Of a stretch of 64,000 bases of DNA, positions 37,906-50,359 are shown one piece after another. The stretch is from Mobula hypostoma. Its lineage: Eukaryota. Numbering within the stretch: the first letter of the stretch is position 1; the number at the start of each line of letters is the position of its first letter. The DNA is taken from contig NC_086109.1 of assembly GCF_963921235.1 (NCBI RefSeq), positions 29,762,001 through 29,826,000 on the forward strand, in the 5' to 3' direction. A program made the position numbers and the translations under genes. The notes beneath the pieces are model-generated. The model had not been told where the DNA came from. It made no database searches and saw only the letters and a list, made by a program, of their open reading frames with translations.

Positions 37906-39049
37906 TCGTCGTCTGATGCAACTGCATCCATTTAAAAATGGTTACCATGTTCACCACAGTTTTGTTCTTCAGAGAAACTCTAAATTACAATTTTATGAGT
38001 CTTAACTATTTCTGCATTTGACTCAATCCTTGCAGTTAGAATCTTGGATGCAATTTCTAATATTTTGCTTAAATTACTAGTATTTTCCATTCACTTTCAT
38101 TGAATCTCTATGACTTACTTGTTTGTCTCTAAGTCAGAAGATTATGCTTACAAGTCTTGCAACAGAAATTTGTGTGCAAAAAATCTAGACTAACTCCTCA
38201 GTGAATTAGGGGGAGTAGTTGATGGTGTGCCAAAGAACCTGAGATATCATCCTTCAAAGTGTTATACCAAAGCATTGCCTGATTGTTCAGATGACCAAAA
38301 TAGATTTTGTGGCACTTATTTGAAGCAAAGAGATGTGAAGTCACTCTCAGTACTCTGACCAATATTTACCACTCAGTCAACATTGCAACACAACAGGCCT
38401 AGAATTTTAACAACAGATTAAAGCCGAAGATTGAGTCTGCGTGTTTAGATGGAGGCTTGTGGTTAGAGGCCTGATGTCTGTGAGATAGAGAGTCCGGGGC
38501 CAAAGACTGGAAGCACACAGGTGGCCTGTTCTGGGCTTGAAGGCCCCTATGTGAGGAGAGGGGTTTTTACTGTTGTCTTGTTTTGTTCTGTTGTTGTTGC
38601 TGCTACTACTGCTTGTGTTGTTCTGTGCTATGTTGAACATTGTCAGCATGCTATGCTGGCACCAGAACATATGGCGACACTTGCAGGCTGTCCCCAGTAC
38701 ATCTTTGGGTGTGTTGGCTCTTAGCACAAATGACACATTTCACTATATCTTTCAATATACATGTGATAAAGACATTTGAATCTGAATCTGAAAAGCAGCT
38801 GTTAAATGACGTCACATGGGGGCTTGCAACACTTTGATGTGAGTGTAATTTTCAAAAGGAATTGCACATGAAATAAGATGTATCCCACTTAACGCTATGT
38901 TGTGGCTGAAGCTATCAGAGGGGAATTCCATTGCTGAAGGCAGTAGGGTGGCTTAAGGTAAGTTATCATGAGGAGAGCCGGTTTTAAAATGGTTGTGACC
39001 GGATTGGGAAGGATCAATGCTCTGGAGTTGAGTAATTGTTTGAGATCAA

Positions 39050-39560
39050 CGTTGTTTATTATTTATTGTCATTCTTTGGTACATGAGAACAAAATGATCG
39101 TTACTCTGGATCCGACGCAACATTAAAAACACAATAAGCATTAAAACATAATAAATATGAATAGAAAAGCAATCCTATAAAAGGGGGATGTAGTGGTGGT
39201 GGGTGGGTACATGGGTGGAGAGGTTGATCAGCCTGACAGCTTAGGGGAAGTAAATGCTTCTTGAGTCTGGCGGTCCTGGCATGGATGCTGGGTGGCGTCT
39301 TCCTTGATGGGAGTGGGGCAAACAGCATGGGCGGGATCCTTTGTGCTTTTTCCCAACACCTTTCTGTCTTGATAGCGAGTAGACTGGTGCTGGTGCTGCA
39401 TCGGGCAACTTTAACCGTCCTAACACGCTGAATCGCTGTGTGGAATGGAAAATGCACTGCAGCCCGCACGTCCGCTGCAGTGTATTTTCCACACCACGCG
39501 GTGATTCAGCGGGTTAGGATGCTTTCAACTGCACATCTGCAGAAGGTGTCCGTCGTGACA
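39050..39560 (-). mobile_element. Rex/Babar-type LINE 3' fragment
   Basis: Minus strand: RCAVESILTR and FAPLPSRKTPPSIHARTARLK remnants. Confidence 0.7.
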
Positions 39561-40669
39561 CTGGAGCTGAATCCATTACTATCTGTCGAAGCAAGTTCCC
39601 CAATAATGACACAGAAAAGTCTGATAGAAAGAGTCAGATTGAGGAAGATGCCAACTTCTGAGTTTACAGTTCTGTGGACCTTGATACCTGGCTGAGGCTC
39701 AGTATTATCCAGATTCAGTGTGTGCAAGTTTTTAGCTGGACTTATTCCATTATTAGAGAGACTACATTTCAAAAATCTTCTACTGAACTGTAAAATATTT
39801 TGTCCTGTGATAATGAAAGGTAATATATTAATGGAATCTTTGTCTTCTATTTAGCATTAGTTATTTTGCTTCTGTTGGATTGGTAATGATGCTTAATTCA
39901 CAGTCTCCATAAACACAGTTCACTGCATCAGGGTCTCTGTGGGATGATATGCCAAGTATCATTTCACTCAGGTCGTTCATCATTCTGACTGCATTGAAAT
40001 AACTTCTGCAAAGAAGGTATGTACATTCTATTTCCAGACACTGATAAATTGACCAGTAAAGTATTTGTGGATGTATCTGTAAAACACATGAGGTACTATG
40101 GAATTTTCTAAGTTCAGATGCTATTTTTAGGTAATTCTGCATTACGGTATTCCGCTTTGCTGTATTTTCTTAAGCATGCTGACAAGAAAATAATTTTAAT
40201 TTACTCAGTTCACGATGGTTTGCTGTTAACCAGAGCATTTTTAATCTTGTTAGTTTGTGCATTACATTACTCTCTGCTTGTTTCATGCCAAAATTTATAT
40301 ATTAACTTACTAAAAATATTTTTGCCAAAAGAAAAATCAGAGAAAATTTGACCACTGGGTGTTGAGAGAGAATGATAAATAGAAGGAAAACATTAAAGTT
40401 ATTGGAACATTAATTTCTGCAACTATATGAAAAGGGATAACTGAGGAAAATATGTTAACTTACCCTTAGCTTATCTGTAACATTCATTGAATTGCAATTA
40501 TATTCAGTCATTATATTCAAGAGAACAAACTGCAGATTGGTCCATCATCAGTCTGTATATTCAATTAGAATAAGGTCACGAAATGTCGGGTGGCATGAAA
40601 ATGTCTGATTTAAGGAATTTTATAACGATATGAAATTGGTCTTATTCAGGGCATCAAAGGTTACGGGGA

Positions 40670-40881
40670 TGATGCACTATCAATTACTCCAAAAGACTGG
40701 AAGTAGAGTAAATACTGAAAGGCTTTTATTAACAGTAAATGGTCCAACGTCCGTGCTGAGTATCTGCCCTGGACTGAGGGAGGAGCAATGGCACAATCGC
40801 CTTTATTCAGAGGTCTGTAGGAGGAGCCACAGGAGCAGTCAGCAGAGCCAGGCATGTCCAGACAGGTAACCCAGTTACAAC

Positions 40882-40915
<34 letters not shown>

Positions 40916-40924
40916 TTTACCACA
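40670..40924 (-). mobile_element. About 255-bp solo LTR with (TA)n tract, inserted in a CR1 3' UTR remnant
   Basis: Minus strand TGTGGTAAACC...AATAAAAGCC...GTGCATCA; interrupts CR1 sequence gcatcaaaggttacgggga | ggagagaggcaag; TSD imperfect. Confidence 0.7.
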
Positions 40925-41543
40925 GGAGAGAGGCAAGAAAATGGGGTTGAGAGGGATAATAAATCAGCCAAAATGGATTGGCAGAGCAGACACGATGGGC
41001 TGAATGGCCTAACTCTGCTCCAATGCCTTACGGTCTAAAATAACCTCAAATATTGTCCGGGATTTTGTTATCAACTACAAAGCAATTTTGAAGGGTCTCA
41101 GCCTCAAGTGCTGACTGGGTATTCTTCTCCATAGATGCTGCCTGACTTGCAGTGTTCCTCCAGTATTGTGTGTTTGTATGTGTGTTGCTTAAGATTTCCA
41201 GCATTGGTAGGATCTCTTGTGTTTACAAAACAATGATACTTGTTGTTAACCTTGAAGAAATCCAACAGCAAATATCCAGACCTTTCTTTAACATGAACTT
41301 GACCTTTTCAATTTTTGTAGTTCAAGGGGATTGTCGGGCACATCAACAATGACATAATCAAATTGACTGAACAGCCAGTTATTAAATAATTCTCATCATG
41401 ACCACCCAGAGAAGGGACATGCAGAAATCTAAGAATGTATGATGAAGAATAAAGGGAGAAATGTGAACATTACATAAAACTGGAAGTTGAAGTACATAAA
41501 TTCATTTCAAAAAATAAAATAGAAACTAACTCCAATATAATTT

Positions 41544-41756
41544 AAAAACACAGACACGAGGAAATCTGCAGATGCTGGAAATTCAAGCAACACACACAAA
41601 AAATGCTGGTGAACACAGCAGGCCAGGCAGCATCTACAGGAAGAGGTACAGTCGACGTTTCGGGCCGAGATTCTTCGGTCCAAAAACATCGACTGTACCT
41701 CTTCCTGTAGATGCTGCCTGGCCTGCTGCGTTCACCAGCATTTTTTGTGTGTGTTG
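41544..41756. mobile_element. Near-perfect fold-back Penelope terminal-repeat insertion
   Basis: About 75-bp inverted arms; 14-bp TSD ctccaatataattt (41530-41543, 41757-41770). Confidence 0.92.
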
Positions 41757-44475
41757 CTCCAATATAATTTGAAGTTTTTTAAAGGGACTCATAATTCACA
41801 AACATAAAAATACTTTTTTCGGTTCTAGAAAATTTGTTGAGAAATAATTATAGATGATATTTATAAAAGATATAGATGCCATTAAAAAGTCATTAATGCC
41901 TCAGGCTGCAAATTTTGACAATTTCAGCATATTTAACAACAGCTCATAATAATCTCAAATTGTCATTGATCCTTTGATTTCCTAGATAATGGGTTGTGGA
42001 GTAGAATACAACTATTAGGAATAAAATCATAAATGCATGGAACAGCATATTTGCTGACAATTTCAAGGCTTAATAATAACATCTTGATATTTTCACTGTT
42101 ATTATAACTGCAAATATCATGCTCAGATCTCTATAAAATTCCTTAAATCAGCCTGAATGTTTTAGATAATTATCTAATTATTTAAAAAAAATAGAAGACC
42201 TTTAAAGTTTAATAATGAAAGTATAACACAAACCTTGTGCATTTTAACATCAATATTTCCAACGCTGTAGTCTTGCTCTGAAGAGCTGTAGGGCACAATG
42301 TAGGCTCAACCAGACATTTACCAACTATAAAACTGTACCAGGTGGATAAGTGAGATAAGCGACAGATTTTAAAAAATCTAAAGCTGTAAAATCATACCAC
42401 TGTTAAAGTAAAAAAAAAGGATAATTAATTTGGAAACAAGTGAGCTGGGATTTATTTCTGCTATTTTCAATCCCATTTATGTTTCTTTTCATTGCATTTC
42501 AATTACCTTGGCCTTGGCTGTCTGATAGCAGTTGATTCAAATAACGATCTGTGGAGGCTGTCTAGTTACCTCTCACTTTGAATGTTCATGCACATATTTT
42601 ATTGTGTGATAAATCAAACTGAGGATAAACATCTGACTTTCACCATGACATGCCTGCTTTTAAGCAGGAGTTAAGAGTTAAAGTGATAACTTGTTTGTTG
42701 ACTGATGTTTTTAGAGGAAAATCACCATTTGCATTGGTGTCCAGCTTGGTTACTTACAACAGGGCTAAACTATCAGCTTGAAATAGCTTGCCACCCACCT
42801 GACAACCTGATATAAAGGTACTTCAACAGATCTAAGTTGCAAAGAAATACTAGGGTACCGTTAACTCTTCCCCGAACTTTGAGGAGGATGAACTTTCAAA
42901 ATGGTCAAGCAAAGAAACCACAACTGAGGTAGAAGTATCATGTGGTTTATGCATTAGTGTAGTAGAACACTACTTTCTGATAAAAGAACCAGTGAAATGC
43001 AATAATGCACCAAAATCAATATTTTGATATGAACAATCCCATTTTAAAATCAGTCAGATGAGAAAGACAGCTATGGATTTGCCATTGTGAGCAAAAACCT
43101 AAAAGGACTTCCATTTGGATAAAACTGACAGATGAACTCTAAACTTATCCCTTAATGGAATGGTGAGATCTGATAACCGTCAATAAATTTGACCAGTTCT
43201 GTGCTGAGTTCTTCTCATAAAGAAAAAAAGCAAAGACAATGAATTTGCTTTCAATGTAGTTCATATTAGATGTCTTGAAGCTGGAACACATAAAATCAAG
43301 TTTGAATTTTGCTGAGAATTCTACAAATGAACGAAATGTTTTCCAAACACACAGTCACCCCCTGCATCAGGACTCTGTCATATACATCATTTTGTTGCAT
43401 CTGCAAGCACTGGAAATGCATTGCATAATTCTCATAAATACCAGAAAACCACAAGAAGGAGCATCACACTGGGTGAGGTTTCACTTCAAGTGTGATTAAA
43501 CTTTTCTTCCCCATTCTGTTAAATGAAACAAATTAAGTTTTCTTTTGTCAATTCTATGGTCTATGCAAAACACCCAATTAAATAAATGTCAAAAGTGAGC
43601 TCATGGATCTCTATTAGACAGCATTTCTGAACTTGAAATGTGACGATTGTCCGAACATTCATTACCCCAATTTTCTGGTTCAAGCCTCTTTGCATTATCA
43701 CTGGGTTTGGGTGTAGCTCTATGAGAAGGGACCTGAGGAATGTGCTGGCATCTTTCTCTTCCTCCAGTTGAACACACCTATCTTCAGTCATAAATCATCT
43801 TTTCCAGAAGCAAGATGAATGTCTGACACTTTTTACAAAGTTTCCTGTGTTCGTTCACTGTGATCTATGGAGGCGAGATTTGCAATAATGCAAACTGCTT
43901 AAGGCTGAGATAAAATATACATATTGAAAGAAATCTTTTGGTAAATAGAGAAGGGGAAAGTTCTGAAATGAGCAGTTAACAACCGGTCTCACCCTAGCAA
44001 TAGTGTCAGGCCTTTTTTCTAAGATTAAAGCTTGTAGAGTTATCTGGCTTGCATCTCTTCTACTTCAACTAACCAGATCCTCAGATTCTGTGCTTGCTTC
44101 TGTCTAACTATTCGTAAAAGACTTCAGTGAATCATCAAAGACACTTGGGTCATGGTTTCTTGTATTCTTCAATGGCATTCCTCAAAGTGGTCATTATAAT
44201 TCACTTAACAATCCTGCAACAATAATACACTCAAAGACCGTCCAAAACAATCCGTAAGATGAACAAGCAAAGCAATTTTAACGTGCTGTCTGCAACAAAG
44301 GGCGTCTTTTCATCACAGGATGAGATCATAATCATTTCTGAATGTCAGCTCATTCAAAATCTTCTCAAAATCTCTATCCTACGTCTAAAGTATAGAACAA
44401 TGCATATTACATTTGGCTATCACAGAAAGAACAAATGATATGCATGAAATTCTACCACTTTGAGTAGAATATACA

Positions 44476-44963
44476 TTTGCACAGTACTGTATTTGTCAAC
44501 ATGGAGCAGAGGGTTAGTTTATAAATCTGGCAGGAGCAAAGGATGTTGGAAATGGCGAGGGTGGAGTGTCACAGGAGGGGTATGGGACAGGTGGCAGAGA
44601 AGGAGTGCCGGGAGGGGGATGGGTGGTTTCACGGGTGCAGAGACACCAGGGAAGGTCATTTGATTCCAAACAATTGGTTTATTGATCATTACAGAATGTC
44701 TCTCGGGTGCTTCGCAGCCCCTTGCCTCTCCCTTCCCCCTTTCCCAACCATGGTTCCCTTCTTCCTGCCCCCTTCCCACTCTCAGTCCACAATAGAGACC
44801 CATATCAGAATCAGGTTTATCATCACTCACATGTATCACGAAACTTGATTTTATTTGCAGTAGCAAATCTGTGCAATACATGAAATTACTTTAGAACTGT
44901 GCAAAAATCTGAGACACCCTACCTATATACATAGTATGTGCCCAAGACTTCTGCACGGTACTA
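44476..44963. mobile_element. Composite Tc1-like non-autonomous element, copy 1 (left end truncated)
   Basis: Collinear with 54620-55150, including the right palindromic unit. Confidence 0.75.
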
Positions 44964-45403
44964 TACAGTTTTCTCAAAATGGTAGAATGCAATATGCACT
45001 GGGAATTTGCCTCTTTTAAACAACATAAAGCCATTATGAGTTTTTAAATAATATTATGATAGTAACACCCAAAAAACAGACTATACTGAGTGGTTTCAAA
45101 TAAGACCCCTTCCACTTTAACAGAATTGCCAGAACTTTGCAGTGCATCAATCATAAGTGGCCTTGCCCTTACAGATACACACCTCATGGCAGTCATCTAA
45201 AGCAGCTCACCCAATAGCTGCTGAGGAAGAGAACCAAAGACTACAGGGAAGAGGGTGAAAGCTCTATAACTACAGAAATACATACAATGAAGTATCTTGT
45301 GGGTTGAGGAAACCAAGACACATAGTCAATCATTTCCTGCAGGAGGGAGAATCCCCTGGATCAGGAAGCAAGACAAATGAAACACAATTAGATATGTCAA
45401 AAT

Positions 45404-45755
45404 GCAAACACAAGAAGATCTGCAGATGCTGGAAATTCAAGCAACACACACAAAATGCTGGTGGAACCCAGCAGGCCAGGCAGCATCTATAGGAAGAAGT
45501 ACAGTCGACGTTTCGGGCCGAGACCCTTCGTCAGGACTAACTGAAAGAAGAGCTAGTAAGAGATTTGAAAGTGGGAGGGGGAGGGTGAGATCTGAAATGA
45601 TAGGAGAAGACAGGAGGGGGAGGGATGGAGCTAAGAGCTGGAAAGTTGATTGGCAAAAGGGATACAGAGTTGGAGAAGGGGGAGGATCATGGGACAGGAG
45701 GCCTAGGGAGAAAGAAAGGGGAGGGGAGCCCAGAGGAAGGTGGAGAGCAGGCAAG
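45404..45755 (-). mobile_element. Penelope-like element 3' end
   Basis: Homologous to 49088-49480, which is downstream of the GIY-YIG ORF. Confidence 0.9.
45502..45539 (-). ncRNA. Minimal type-I hammerhead ribozyme motif
   Basis: Minus strand UAGUC-CUGACGA-A-GGGU-CUCG-GCCC-GAAA-CGUC^GACUG: full core, stem I UAGUC/GACUG, stem II GGGU/GCCC, palindromic ACGU stem III. Confidence 0.8.
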
Positions 45756-46424
45756 GTGTGTACTCTAATGACGCACTGCATTGGGTTCAGAACACTAATG
45801 CATTCGCTCACCAGAAAACTAAGTCACCTTCCACCATGGCTGCCTAGGTGGCATGCTTACTCTTCATGTGGCTAACAGTGCAAAGCTAGGCCATTTATTT
45901 AATCCAAATTGTTAAATAGAAATTCCCGAGCTGATGTTCAGCAATTCAAACTCACGTCCTCAAATAAATAGACCTGTCCTCCGGATCCTAGTCTGGTTAT
46001 TTTATATTGCCGAGGCTCCTATAACACAAAGGCTGGCAGTTTCTTAAAGACAAGGTAAATGTAAAAGAGGAAATTTCTGTTATCTAAGCAAGTCCCAAAG
46101 CATACTCTATCCAATGAATTACTTTTGAGAAGCAGTCAATGTCATTAAGCATCAAAACGTGGAAGGTGTGCCTCCCACTAAGCAGCCTGGAGCCTTGCAG
46201 CCAAAATGAGTCATTCAGGTCTGCAGCTAGTCATTTCCTGCTGGTGTAGTGTGTCATTTAAATATTGAAACTCACCACTGCTAAGATCTAGGAGGTACAT
46301 CCTTCTGGCAAAGAAACTTGATAAAGACCGCTGGCTCAGAAATTTAAAATTATGACCAAGTAAGCACTCTGGATGCAGCAAAGTTCTGAACTGCCTGACT
46401 CTCCTCTATTATTTATTTAGAGAA

Positions 46425-47010
46425 CAGGTCCTAATCGCAGAACAATCTACAATCATCAATTAACCTACTAACAAGTATGTATTTGGACTGTGGGAGGAAA
46501 TTGAAGCAGCCAGAAGAAACCCATGAGGTCCAGGGTAACCTCCTCCCTGACGGAGTGGAACAAACAGTCCATAAGCGGGGTGGGTGGAATCCTTCATTAT
46601 ATTGCAAGCATTTTTCTTGCATCTTTCTGTATATGTCTCCTTTATGGTGGGTAGGCTGGTGCTGGTGATGTGTTGGGCAGTTTTAGCTACCCGTTGTGGG
46701 GGCCTCCTGTCTGCTGCGGTTCCAATTATATCAAAAGCACAACAACGACTATACATACCCGAGGTGCTTAAGGAGAGCTAATGTGCGTCAAAAGTTGCTG
46801 GACAGCTTATATCGATGTGCGAAAGAGAGCATACTGACATATGGACCGACAGTGTGGTTGCTCTAACTGCAGCAAGACAGATCACAAAGCACTCCACAGG
46901 TGATCAGGACGGGTCAGCACATCACTGGGGTTTAACTGCTGGACCTGGAAACAATCTACAATTCTCGATGCCTACAACATGCTCGTAACAACATTAAAGA
47001 CCCATCCTAT
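46425..47010. mobile_element. Mosaic of SINE and Rex/Babar-type fragments in both orientations
   Basis: ISKAQQRLY and VCESILT-like remnants on + strand; QRVAKTAQHITSTSLP...PSGRR on minus strand. Confidence 0.6.
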
Positions 47011-47016
47011 CCTGGA

Positions 47017-47113
47017 CATTCAAGCAACACACATCAAAGTTGCTGGTGAACACAGCAGACCAGGCAGCATCTCTAGGAAGAGGTACAGTCGACGTTTCAG
47101 GCCGAGACCCTTC
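47017..47113 (-). mobile_element. Truncated Penelope terminal repeat
   Basis: attcaagcaacacacatcaaagttgctggtgaac...cagtcgacgtttcaggccgagacccttc, broken before the CUGA core. Confidence 0.85.
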
Positions 47114-47116
47114 ACG

Positions 47117-47355
47117 AAGCAGGTGGTGGGTGGTCGTATAAGCTGCTGGACCATATCACCAGTCCTGGTTATGTGACCACTGATGCCAGGCAGACAATCT
47201 CTGAAGAGTAGTGATAATAGCTGGGGTCATTTTGTAAAGACACTGCTCAGAAGAAGGCAATGGCAATCCACTTCTTTAGAAAAAATTGCCAAGAACAATC
47301 ATGGTTATGGACCATGATCGCACACGTCATACAGCACGGCAGATAACGATGATGT
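47117..47355 (+). mobile_element. RTE-related retroposon 3' part
   Basis: Homologous to 28585-28980; (gat)n tail. Confidence 0.75.
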
Positions 47356-49148
47356 TGAATTCATGTTTGGACTAGAACTATAATCATGGGTGAAATCAAG
47401 TGGATGAAGGAGCATGAAACCGAACATAACATGGAGATTATTGGTGAGTAACTGCCACCTAGTAGCACAACCAAGGGCATCTTCTTTCAATTTTCTGATG
47501 ATTGACAGTAAATATCTAGATTGAGTTTGTCCTGCAGAACTTATCTGTCTAATTTTCCACGTCATCAAGGTTGCAACATTACAAGAATGCAATTGGTCCT
47601 AAACCTCTTGTGCTCAGTGCCATACCTTTGAAGTGAGAACATTGAGAAAAGCAAGATGGATCAGGTTTGTAGTTAAAGGTGGTTGCAAATATTTAGTTAT
47701 TGTCAGTCTCACTCATTGCTGAGCTCTTTTACTGACACACCTTTGTCATTTCTGAATTCGATGCAAAGGCTGATGCCAGGTGCCTCTCCAGTTAACTTAC
47801 TGTGTTTCAATATTTTGCAATGCTTTTGGGTGGTGCAATAATTAAACTCAACTGTTGTTCCCCCAATTATTAAATAAAATATCTGATCAAATCATGAGAA
47901 AAGAGCCGCCTACTTCTCTTCTGTGCTTTAAAGTATTAAAATGCAAAATGTATTTTTTAACTGAAACATCCTGCACCAGTCATTTAGTTTGCATATTTTC
48001 ACACAGCAATAAAAGAGTAGAAAAAAAACTTGGCCATTATCCAAACCCAGTTTCTTTTTTGGGTTTTTATGATGCTTACTATTCTGCACCTCAAATAACA
48101 GGAAAAGTTAACTCAATATACCCCAAGTTGACCTCTGAAGTAACATAAACAAATATCTATGTCCGCAATTCTAAGAAATCTAAATGTGAAGTTGAGTTCC
48201 GAGAAGACTAAGATGTTACAAAAGGGAAACTGTACTGAGAATAGCCATATCACTACAACACTGACTTCGCACTTTGAAAAAATGGGGCAACACCTTTTTA
48301 TTTATGCATCCCTCTTTTTCATTTCCCAGCAGTAATGCCATTTTAATTCAATTCACATCTAATATATCCAAACTCCTAACTAGGTTTTACCAGATTTCAA
48401 CAAATTAAATTTAGTTTCAGAAAAGCATGTGTACTTCCTTAAAAAGCATATTATTCATATTATTATGTTATTTCAACAATATATAATTACTATGCATGTC
48501 CAATGTCACATGAAAGACCAGCCTAATTTAAAAATAAATAAAATCAGGAAACAGATTGAAAATCCTTAAGTGAACTGTGTCACTTTAACGGGTATCCAAA
48601 ATAGCACAATTTTTAGACTTTGTTTTGTTTCAGCAATGGGACTGACCGACATGCCTTTCTAATTCCTGTGTGTGAGTGCCATCTGCTGTTGCTTCGAAAG
48701 GAAGATCATCTGTCAAACTGCAGAACCAAACAGTGAGGGGAGTCAACATTTCAGAAAGGGAACTTCGGATTCACACATCTGCAGTTTGAAAGTGCACTTG
48801 AGTGTGGTAACGGTATTGTGAGCAGAAGGCCTGAATCACCTTAGCACCTTTGGGATTTTCACGTTAAACTATGTATGTTTGTGGACATCCCAATGAATGG
48901 CAATAATTTTATTATTATTCAATTGCAAAATCCAAGCCATGTTTTTCTGGATTTTGCAAATTGCTTGTTCATTTTCTTTAAATTGCAACCTGCATTCTGC
49001 AAACTGCACATAAGATACAATCAGATGACTAAAACATGGAAAAGTGTTTACCTCCTGTATCTAATAAAGTAGCCACTGAGTGTATATCAACATACATCAA
49101 AGTTGCTGGTGAACGCAGCAGGCCAAGCAGCATCTATAGGAAGAGGCG

Positions 49149-49186
49149 CAGTCGACGTTTCAGGCCGAGACCCTTCGTCAGGACTA
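49149..49186 (-). ncRNA. Minimal type-I hammerhead ribozyme motif, copy 2
   Basis: Minus strand UAGUC-CUGACGA-A-GGGU-CUCG-GCCU-GAAA-CGUC^GACUG; base of stem II is a G-U pair. Confidence 0.75.
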
Positions 49187-49479
49187 ACTGAAGGAAGAGT
49201 GAGTAAGGGATTTGAAAGCTGGAGGGGGAGGGGGAGATGCAAAATGATAGGAGAAGACAGGAGGGGGAGGGATAGAGCCGAGAGCTGGACAGGTGATAGG
49301 CAAAAGGGGATACGAGAGGATCATGGGACAGGAGGCCTAGGGAGAAAGACGGGGGGGGGGGTGACCCAGAGGATGGGCAAGAGGTATATTCAGAGGGACA
49401 GAGGGAGAAAAAGGAGAGTGAGAGAAAGAATGTGTGCATAAAAATGAGTAACAGCTGGGGTACGAGGGGGAGGTGGGGC

Positions 49480-49806
49480 CTAGCGGAAGTTAGAGAAGTC
49501 AATGTTCATGCCATCAGGTTGGAGGCTACCCAGACGGAATATAAGGTGTTGTTCCTCCAACCTGAGTGTGGCTTCATCTTTACAGTAGAGGAGGCCGTGG
49601 ATAGACATGTCAGAATGGGAATGGGATGTGGAATTAAAATGTGTGGCCACTGGGAGATCCTGCTTTCTCTGGCGGACAGAGCGTAGATGTTCAGCAAAGC
49701 GGTCTCCCAGTCTGCGTCGGGTCTCACCAATATATAAAAGGCCACATCGGGAGCACCGGACGCAGTATATCACCCCAGTCGACTCACAGGTGAAGTGATG
49801 CCTCAC
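49480..49806 (-). pseudogene. Penelope GIY-YIG endonuclease domain (truncated ORF fragment)
   Basis: FTCESTGVIYCVRCSRCGLLYIGETRRRLGDRFAEH...PVATHFN...RLEEQHLIFRLGSLQPDGMN: VIY-YIG motif, conserved R/E/N, CxxC and His residues. Confidence 0.93.
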
Positions 49807-49852
49807 CTGGAAGGACTGTTTGGGGCCCTGAATGGTGGTAAGGGAGGAAGTG

Positions 49853-50340
49853 TCTTCTGCTGCTGTGGCCCATCCACTTCAAGGTTTGACATATTGTGCT
49901 TTCAGAGATGCTCTTCTGCACATCACTGTTGTACATGTGGTTATTTGAGTTACTGTGGCCTTCGTGTCAGCTTGAACCAGTCTGGCCATTCTTCTCTCAT
50001 TAACAAGGCACTTTTGCCCACAGAACCACCACTCAATAGATGATTTTCGTTTGCTGCACCATTCTCTGGTAATTCTAGAGACTGTTGTGCATGAAAATCC
50101 CAGGAGATCCGCCATTTCTGAGATACTCAAACCTCCTTGTCCAGCACCAACAATCATTACCCAGTCAAAATCACTTAGATCACACTTCTTCTGCTTTCTG
50201 ATGTTTGATCTGAACAACAACTGAACCTCTTGACCATGCCTGCATGCTTTTTATGATAGAAAAGCCATATTATTGTCTGATTAGATATTTGCATTAACAA
50301 GCCGGTGTACAGATGTACCTAATAAAGTGCCCACAGTGTA
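49853..50340 (-). mobile_element. Tc1/mariner deletion derivative
   Basis: ORF 49879-50220 KKCDLSDFD...SISEMADLLGFSCTTVSR (Tc1 HTH); TIR gtacctaataaagtgcccacagtgta. Confidence 0.88.
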
Positions 50341-50359
50341 ATTATCTTAGTCTTTGCGA

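Larger units (their letters stand above)
49088..49852 (-). mobile_element. Young 5'-truncated Penelope-like retroelement
   Basis: Uninterrupted GIY-YIG endonuclease frame followed by pyrimidine-rich 3' region and terminal repeat. Confidence 0.95.

Noticed and set aside
43561..43791. 76-aa ORF (MTEDRCVQLEEEKD...)
   Set aside because: No splice or homology support; length is within chance expectation
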